Assembly (NCBI GenBank): GCA_002633005.1 | Contig: NMRA01000448.1 | Location: 124,001-188,000, forward strand | Direction: 5' to 3' | From: Phoronis australis | Lineage: Eukaryota; Animalia; Phoronida | DNA: 64,000 nt | In this document: piece by piece, positions 55,301-64,000 of the stretch | Position numbering within the stretch: the stretch's first letter is position 1 | Layout: every line of letters begins with the position of its first letter | Translations under genes and position numbers: made by a program | Notes under the pieces: generated by a model | Seen by the model: only the letters and a program-made list of their open reading frames with translations | Told to the model about the DNA's origin: nothing | Databases searched by the model: none

Positions 55301-58300
55301 TCTTGTCCAATCACTTCAGATTAGAAATAAAATGGCCACTAATTTGTGATGTTTGAATAAAAACAATAACTTCTCTAAAGTGTAGCGACATGTTTCTGTG
55401 GTAAAACATCCACCATTGTCAAACTTTATTCAAAGAATGGATGCCAGGATGGCTACAGGTACAATACACAGAAAATTCCAAAACAAACAAAATACCAGAA
55501 CATGATTGCATGATAGCAATCAGCGAATCACAAGTCAGTGTAAAAGTGTCAATGACTCAAGAAAACTTGTGCACTGAGTGAAGGCGTTTCCGAACACCGA
55601 ATATGAATGGTTTCATGCATGCAGTTTCAAGTGATAGCGCTTCGTATCACAGTCAATAATCGTAAAGATGTGTTCCCCAACAGCCTTTCTACAAACAGCA
55701 TTGTTTTCAAAGTGTCTAAAGATGTGTGACTTCTTATTACTAACTAGATGTTCCTTCATCCTTGTAAGTCAAGTGGCGAGAATTGTCTCACCTTGCTTGA
55801 CTTGACCACGGCTACCATCAAATTAATACACAACATGGGATTTTAGAGTGAAAGGAATATCTTTAACACCAAGTAAACTTGAGATCTTGCATGACTTAGT
55901 AGTATACAAGCTGAACAACCATCGTTTTGCAAAACCTCAATGATTTCAATTAACGCTGTGATATCTTGGAGTAAAAACCCGCATAATGCATTCTGAAATA
56001 ATTAGTGTTGCTAAGGCTTAGGTATTGACGGGGCTTTGTATGAAGATCAGCTCATTCACTCGATCTCTGAAGACGCGTTCAATCTAATTGGCGAGGAATT
56101 GAATTCCTAACTACATCGTTTGCTAATCTCTCAAAATTACTATGTAATAAAGTCCAGGTGTTATTACTCTTAAAATATCTGTCAAGCGTTCTTATAAAAC
56201 CAGTCTTGCAGGAAAATGACATGAAACTGTTGAAATAAGTGTGTAACCTAGTAAAAGTACTTTTACGGTACTATGATGTCACAACTGTGTCAACATTCCG
56301 ATTTTAATCAATGAGTACTTCCAAAACGGAAGTTGTTTGTCGATTTCAGTCTCATTGGATTGTGCTTTTCCATGAAGTATAGTGTCTAATACTGAAGCCG
56401 TCACATTGTTGGTAGCCATAAAAACAATAGGTATACTGTCCAGACTTTGTAGAAATGTTGTTAGTGGATAAAACAGCACTACCGCTTCATAAAAATGGTT
56501 GGGGTTTAAGAAAGGTCTATGCCTGGAAATTTTCCTATCAGTTTTATTTTAACAGTAAATTGCCTTTTAACAAAAAAAATGGTAATTTCGGTCACACAAC
56601 TTTATGAATATTATTTAAAGGAGCGCTTCCGTACACAAAATGTATCTAAAGATTCCATACTGCGAAAGAAATTGATTTCAATCTCCAACAAACCATTCAA
56701 GGCACTGTCAAGTAAACAGACTGTCAAAATCCCATCAATGTTGAGAAGGTTGCCCAACCTTTTTAAGATTTAAGGCTGCTCCATAAGATTGGTGGGTGAT
56801 CCCAATTTGTTATAATCATAGAATCAATTGCTATAGTGATGAGCAAAATTTTGAGACCCTTTTTAGAGATGGTCAAACAATTTCAGAATTTCTATGTTCG
56901 GTCTGCAACTATTTANGCAGTTTCAAGTGATACCGCTTCGTATCACAGTCAATAATCGTAAAGATGTGTTCCCCAACAGCCTTTCTACAAACAGCATTGT
57001 TTTCAAATTGTCTAAAGATGTGTGAATTCTTATTACTAACTAGATGTTCCTTCATCCTTGTAAGTCAAGTGGCGAGTTGTTTCACCTTGCTTGACCACGG
57101 CTACCATCAAATTAATACACAACATGGTATTTTAGGGTGAAAGGAATATCTTTTAACACCAAGTAAACTTGAAATCTTGCACGAGTTAGATACAAGCTGA
57201 ACAACCATCGTTTTACAAAACCTCAGTGACAATGATTTCAATTAACGCTGTGATATGTTGGAGTAAAAACCCGCATAATGCATTCTGAAATAATGAGTGT
57301 TGCTAAGGCTTAGGTATTGACGGGGCTTTGTATGAAGATCAGCTCATTCACTCGATCTCTGAAGACGCGTTCAATCTAATTGGCGAGGAATTGAATTCCT
57401 AACTAGATCGTTTGCTAATCTCTCAAAATTACTATGTAATAAAGTCCAGGTGTTATTACTCTTAAAATATCTGTCAATCGTTCTTATAAAACCAGTCTTG
57501 CAGGAAAATGACATGAAACTGTTGAAATAAGTGTGTAACCTAGTAAAAGTACTTTTACTGTACTATGATGTCACAACTGTGTCAACATTCCGATTTTAAT
57601 CAATGAGTACTTCCAAAACGGAAGTTGTTTGTCGATTTCAGTCTCATTGGATTGTGCTTTTCCATGAAGTATAGTGTCTAATACTGAAGCCGTCACATTG
57701 TTGGTAGCCATAAAAACAATAGGTATACTGTCCAGACTTTGTAGAAATGTTGTTAGTGGATAAAACAGCACTACCGCTTCATAAAAATGGTTGGGGTTTA
57801 AGAAAGGTCTATGCCTGGAAATTTTCCTATCAGTTTTATTTTAACAGTAAATTGCCTTTTAACAAAAAAAATGGTAATTTCGGTCACACAACTTTATGAA
57901 TATTATTTAAAGGAGCGCTTCCGTACACAAAATGTATCTAAAGATTCCATACTGCGAAAGAAATTGATTTCAATCTCCAACAAACCATTCAAGGCACTGT
58001 CAAGTAAACAGACTGTCAAAATCCCATCAATGTTGAGAAGGTTGCCCAACCTTTTTAAGATTTAAGGCTGCTCCATAAGATTGGTGGGTGATCCCAATTT
58101 GTTATAATCATAGAATCAATTGCTATAGTGATGAGCAAAATTTTGAGACCCTTTTTAGAGATGGTCAAACAATTTCAGAATTTCTATGTTCGGTCTGCAA
58201 CTATTTACGAAAATTATCTTTTTATGAAATTAAACTAATTTTGTAAATAAAATTTCCGAGGTACCTGAAGGTTGGTTCTTCCTTGGAGTGCTTGGTTTCA

Positions 58301-61300
58301 TCAGGTAGATGTATTTGTCACCTGTTGCATAACCATAATACAAGCCTTCAATGTTGCTTAATCGCCGGCTCAGACTGGTAAAGTTCTTCCTATATTCACT
58401 AGCATAATCGTCCAAGCTGAAGAGAGGAAAGAAAACAGAAATGCTATGGAACTTTATGCAAGAAAAGAAATCTAACTTCATAGGGTACTTTGGCTTCAAA
58501 TTTCCCTGTTCTAAATTATAATTGATACAAAGTAATTGTTCATATCATACAAACATGCCATTTGTTACAACATTTGTTTGTAAAAGAAGCAAATTCCTTC
58601 ATTTGTAAATCTGTCCCTGTGGAGTGAATACATGGGACCTTTGTTGAATTGAGCTAAATAATTATAGATTATCGTTAAGAAAGTTCATCTTCTGTCATTA
58701 AGTTTCGCTACTTTCCATAATTTGTTGCCTTTTATGATATGGATTGACAAGTTAAGCTATCTTCTGATTCTCCAAATTTTCACTTTTAAATGTGCATACT
58801 TTCACCTACGCCCATGCCGATTTTTCAATTTCTCAATTTGTATTTGTATTAGTAAAAAAGTGTTGTTATTTACCTTGGAGTTTTGATAACGGTCACAATT
58901 TTATCCACTGATGTGTTGTTTTGGGTGGGTTTTCGCAACTTCGTCACTTGTTCAAACAACTTCCTCTGTTTCTTCTGCCCACGTTTCAACTGCTTTCGTA
59001 AATCGGCGACTTCTTCCTTCAACCATCTCGTCACTTCTGTATCTGACCTCTGCAGCTGTAACTTAACCACCTGACGGGTCAAGTTGGCTATCTGCGCTGT
59101 GTGATTTACTGGAGCCTCCTTCTGGGTTACCGTCTTTACTGTCTGATTGACCAATCCCTGCAGTTGCCACCTCAGTTCGTCCAAATGATCAAGTGTTACT
59201 GATCGGTGACCCAATTCATCTAGTTGCAGCTCCAGTCTGTTTAACCGAGTGACATCCTTTTTTGTTTGATTTTGCAAAACGTCAATCCTTTTCTTCAACT
59301 GTTTTATTTCCATGTCATGTTCCAGCTCCAAGCGACCAACACGTTCGTCCATTGCATTCCTCAGCTCGTCTAGTTCAAATCTATGTTCCTGGAAATTTAA
59401 AGAGACGATCACCTATTATGAAATTTATTCAAGTACAGGACGATTCTCCCAAAACAAGCCCCAAACTTTTGTTAATATTTTTTCCAATAGAGGCAAAAAC
59501 TTAAGATCTTGAAGGCTGACAATTTTATGTATTGAGCTCTTGCTGATATTGAACGTTTTTAATGCTAGCATTTTCAGCGGCGTCTCGGTGATTTTCCAGA
59601 GGCTCATTGCATTTAGTCCAATGAAGTATGAGGAAGCCTAGGTGAGCTGAGAATAATATTTATAGTCTAACAACAACAAAGCACTTTTACAGTAGGTGCT
59701 TGAAATGTCCCCCAAGATAGCATTTAAGCGCCTTTCCAAATTGAAAAACACTTCTATATCTGTCAAGCAGCGTTGAACAATTTTTTCATAGCGCATGCTA
59801 CAGCATTTGTTCATTATAGAATTATGTAGATTTATACAAAGTTTTGGATCACTAGCTCAAGTAGAAAAACAATTATTAGACAGTATTTGGGAGCCAGTTT
59901 CGGGAGAATCACCCTTTATGAAGTAAAATTTCACAGTGGGCAATAGGGTGAATTATCCTTCCTGGAGTTTTTTACAAGCTTGGATATTTTTTCTGGAAAT
60001 GCTTTCATAGTATTTGTAAATGTTTACTCTTACCTCGGGCATTTTGGTACTTAATCTTAATACCTATCCTATTTTTCCCTGCTGATCTTATCAGAACCTG
60101 TGGCAACAGCGAGGCTTACCATTTAAGTTATTTTGGGAACAAGTCTGCTAATTACTGAAACAGCTGCATTTATGTAGTGTTCCATGTGAAGACTACGTTT
60201 AATTATGCTGAGATAAAAAACCGAGTTTGAGTTTGTTTACGTTTTTCAGCCTGCTTGTTGGTGGATTAAGTCATTTTGATTCTTAATGATTCAGCCACCT
60301 TGACTTAACTACCATAATGTACTGGTAATTAAAGCTTGTTGATTGCTCATAGCTTAGTAAAGAGTTTAAGGCACTGACTTGTGAAGATACAAATGGTTGT
60401 GCAGGGTAGAAACGTTGCCAGAAATTTGTAACCTTCACATCTGCTTGGTGAACATAGTGTGATGATATATGTAACTGCTCTTACCAATCAGTCCCACAAT
60501 TCAACAGTCCAACCTCGCTGACCAATCACCATTTAGCTAGAATAGGGTAGTAAGCTCCAGATCAGAGCTGTGAAGCACCGGCTTTTCATTTGCATGATTT
60601 AGTAAGGTTTTGCAAGATTTTGCTCTTCTCATGTACTTTTCACATTTTTCATTTCACCTCAGTTGCGCTATCATTATGGTAAAACCTCACCAGTACCAGT
60701 CTAGAATGATTGCCAGCGATGCATCCGTTTCATATTCAAGGTCTTACAGTGTTGTGAATGCCCTTACTTTTTCAACACATTGTCTGTGGCAATAGAAGCT
60801 ATAATGGTACAGAGCTTGAACACAGTATTATAAATTTGTGTCACGTATCTTTGGTTAAAAAATGACGAAATAGAATTTTGCTTGTCTACCAATTGTGTGC
60901 TAAATTGGTGAGATGTTACACTTTAAATGTTGAAACACTATTGAGTTGATAAGGTTGCCTTTGGCTATTGAAAGTAGTATAAACGGGCATTTTATCCAAG
61001 AAGCTGTAAAATTGACCTCAACTTGTTTCTTAATCAGCTCTTGTAGCCTGATGGTAACTTCCAAGATTAATTGCTGCATAAAATCCAACTGTTTATCAAC
61101 CCCTCCATCCATTTCTTGATACTCACTTCTTCATGCAGTGCCCGTACTCACCTTGGATGCATTACCAACAGCGTACTTCATCATTTCAAGTTGAGTCCTC
61201 AACTCATTCACATCCTTCCTGGTAACATTGCTGCCAGTATCGTTTCTTGATGGCCCCTGCTGCGGAGGTAGAGTCAGTCTGAATTGATATTTACAAACAC

Positions 61301-61466
61301 CTTTACTGTTACACCTGTATTTGTACGTGTGAAGCTCATCTTTGGAGTCTTTTTTAGCCTTCTTTCCTTTGGCTTTCGGCCGACCATTCACCATAACACT
61401 TGCCCAAAGTATCAAAATCACCAGTAGGCAAAGCCCTAAACCATGTCGGCTGGGTACGTAATACAT
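52394..61466 (-). CDS. FGL2: Secreted fibrinogen-related (FReD) protein, fibroleukin/FGL2-like, 7 exons, about 553 aa
   Basis: Phase-consistent exons: 61466-61152, 59388-58874, 58416-58265, 55313-55114, 54436-54299, 53823-53646, 52557-52394; total 1662 nt. Signal peptide, [18 protein letters not shown] motif, long coiled coil, FReD motifs [57 protein letters not shown]. Family is secure; FGL2 orthology is inferred. The exon 3 donor (GTACCT) and exon 4 acceptor (AAG) are weak. Confidence 0.85.
55621..58207. repeat. 1.3-kb tandem duplication split by N at 56916 (likely uncollapsed haplotypes)
   Basis: 55621-56915 matches 56917-58207; a single N lies at the junction; intronic. Confidence 0.9.
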
Positions 61467-63353
61467 GGTTGATGAAGTCTTGCTATGCCCAGATGATTTT
61501 TTAGTTTAAATACAACACCAGTGTGTATAAATAACTACAAGATTGCTTTGACTGGAATGTGCTACTTCAAAGGGGTGCTGGGGTTTTTCCATTTTGTTTT
61601 TGAAGTATGACGTGATTTGAGCATGTGTGGCAATGAAATGATTTGATCTTGACCCAAACTTTCTGTGAGGTCATTACTGTAACATTAGCTTATTCTTAAA
61701 ACTTTCTTGTGTATTGGAATTTTGTTTATTACAACATGAAATAAACTCTCCCTAAAAGTTTTTTCCTCGTTGAAAAAGCTTCTCTGTTGGTGTGTTTTTC
61801 ACTAGCAGATGATTCTTAATTTCGAATGTTAATTCTACAAATTACTGAGAGGTTCATGTAAACCAATTTTCCAGGAAATGAAATTGCGAATTGATGATTT
61901 TTGCATTGCGCAAGTTGTTGCGTTTTTTCTCAGCCGGAATCTTTGAACTTCCCTGTTCCTGTGGTATTACTCACTTTGTTACTCAGCTAATCACAGCTGT
62001 CGTATAATAGCACCTGCTTTTATAGTTTTTGTTAAGAAAGAAAAAATTGTCTATTATTTGGATGAACCTGCTTCTATGTTCTCATGACTGGCAAAAGTGC
62101 AAGTCAATTTTCGATAGATGGATTGTCCGCTTCAAGGGGTAATTGTTCCTTGTACTTAGTTACCAAATCACTTATAAAGTGAAAATTGCTAGTGCGGTTC
62201 TCTCACAGCGAATGTATCAGTTAAAAATGGCCTGTGTCTCATACATAGTCATGACCTTTGAAGTTGCACTAAAGTAATAGTAAGAGCACCAAAGTGCCAG
62301 CACAGTACCAGCTGAAAGTGATCTCACTGTGTGCACCATTGGCATTTTTGCTGCTTGCAAATGTGTTGTATAGTGAAATTGCCAGCATTTTAACTAATTT
62401 GTTAGTGGGGTATCAGATCATTGCTTAAACATTCACAGGTCTGCATTTCTGCTGTATAGTGTTGTTCATGTTACTTAGGCAGTTTCAGATTTTTGTAATG
62501 TTAAGCAAAATGGGATATTGAAATTGTATCGTAAGGTTAAGTAAAATAGATGTTACATTTAGTAAGCCATGAGCAGTCTGTTAAGTACAGTTTATAAAAA
62601 CAAACGTCATGGATTATGTAATTTGGAGATCTTAAGGCATTTGTGATTTCGCTAAAAGCATCTTAAATAGAATTGTCAGTACAAAGATATAATATAAATA
62701 TGACGTATTAATAAATAATTAATGAAATTACTGGAATAAATATTTATAATTTGGCTGTTATTTGACGACCATGGTATACGTTAATAATTTTAACGTTTTA
62801 ACATTTTAAACCATAGCAGTTTACAGCTAGTACATAAAAAGTGGTTTTACATTATTTACACTCACATACTGTTGATTTTTATTGGTGATGCATTTTCTAG
62901 AAAGAATATCATAAAGCTCACAGACAGCTGAGGTGTCGTTTGCATTAACGCTATTTGCATTTCATTTCCGAATTTGAGACTAAAATATGATGTTCTTTGT
63001 GTGCTTCATTTCTGGTGAAAGTTGGTCTAGTTAAGGACACCTTGTAGACCAAAAACACATATCACCTGATCTTGGGGTGAACGTTATTTTGTCAAAGTGG
63101 TTCCCGTGCCCAAGCAGAAAATCTAATTTGATTGATCGTTTGGTTTTATTTACGTGTAACATGGAGTAATCTCCCCTGTGTTCAGTCACTGTAAACTGAC
63201 TTCGAACTTCATTAATTGTAAATCACATGACATCAGTCATTTAGTTTCGGAAGAAGATTATCCATGTCAGAAATAATGTGGAAATTGTCCACATTTACTG
63301 TGATTGATGATTCTTGGTACGCTTTTGTAATCACACTTTTTTGCCAATTGCAG

Positions 63354-63436
63354 CTGTTTCAAGAGGGAAAATTGACAGGAACCAGAGTGGCCCAGCTGAA
63401 GGCCAAGTATACGGCTCTACATGACTTCCTTAAACA
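63354..63436 (+). CDS. CCDC146: CCDC146 second coding exon; gene continues beyond the window
   Basis: 83-nt exon between ttgcag and GTGAGT, in phase with 49713: LFQEGKLTGTRVAQLKAKYTALHDFLK, resembling recalled human [27 protein letters not shown]. Too short for the ORF track. Confidence 0.88.
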
Positions 63437-64000
63437 GTGAGTGTTACAGGAGTGTCCAGATAGTGATGGACTGGCAGGCAGCCAAAGCCTGGCGTTAAAC
63501 AATTAGTAGCATTAGTCACATATAGCAATGTAAGAGAAAATAGGATGATTATTGAGATATGGTAGTAGTGACTGTGAGAGTTACTTGATATGGTTCAGTA
63601 TCTACATCAACAGATGAAATCCTGATAATTGACAAAATTCAGTTCAAAGATATCGCATGTTCTAATTGACAGTGTTTTGCCTTTATTACCAGTTCTCAAA
63701 ACTTTGCCACCAATCTATAGCAACTGAGTCATCGTATTAATTAAGCATGCCTTAAAAAACAAATGAACTGAAACATAAGTCAAAACATCTTAATAAAATC
63801 TATATATCCTTGCCTTGAAATTTGTTTGTGCACGTATCAGCAAAAATAGATATACAATTTCTTGCCCTGTTCTGTTAAGTTTGAAGAAATCTAATGTCTA
63901 GTTGAAAGTTAGCAAGCTTGGGGACTTGAGTGTAGGCTTGTTTCAGGTGATTCATGCCAAGCTCTCTGTGGGTTCAGGAATAGAATGTCCTTATTCTTGC

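Noticed and set aside
55792-55811. Possible micro-exon of the FGL2-like gene
   Set aside because: The other copy differs by a 5-nt indel, and the flanking exons already join in phase.

Overview
AT-rich, intron-containing animal genomic DNA (GT-AG introns); gene content and exon structure suggest an invertebrate deuterostome such as a hemichordate, which is inference only. Four genes can be spliced from the sequence: SEC61A (+, 13 exons, 476 aa, 17285-29239); RUVBL1/pontin (-, 9 exons, 456 aa, tail-to-tail with SEC61A); the first two coding exons of CCDC146 (+, 49525-49713 and 63354-63436, head-to-head with RUVBL1); and an FGL2-like secreted fibrinogen-domain gene (-, 7 exons, about 553 aa) lying entirely within the CCDC146 intron. 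An uncharacterised 213-codon Ser-rich ORF sits at 1708-2349. Five 1-4 kb tandem duplications each have a single N at the junction and are best read as uncollapsed haplotypes; they expose allelic transposon and splice-site differences. The most interesting small elements are a complete 540-bp miniature LTR retroelement with tRNA-like Pol III promoters inside its LTRs (48305-48844), an inverted pair of tRNA-headed repeats carrying a Penelope-type minimal hammerhead motif (4-456), and a multi-arm foldback filling RUVBL1 intron 1. All comparisons with human genes are from memory and need database confirmation.
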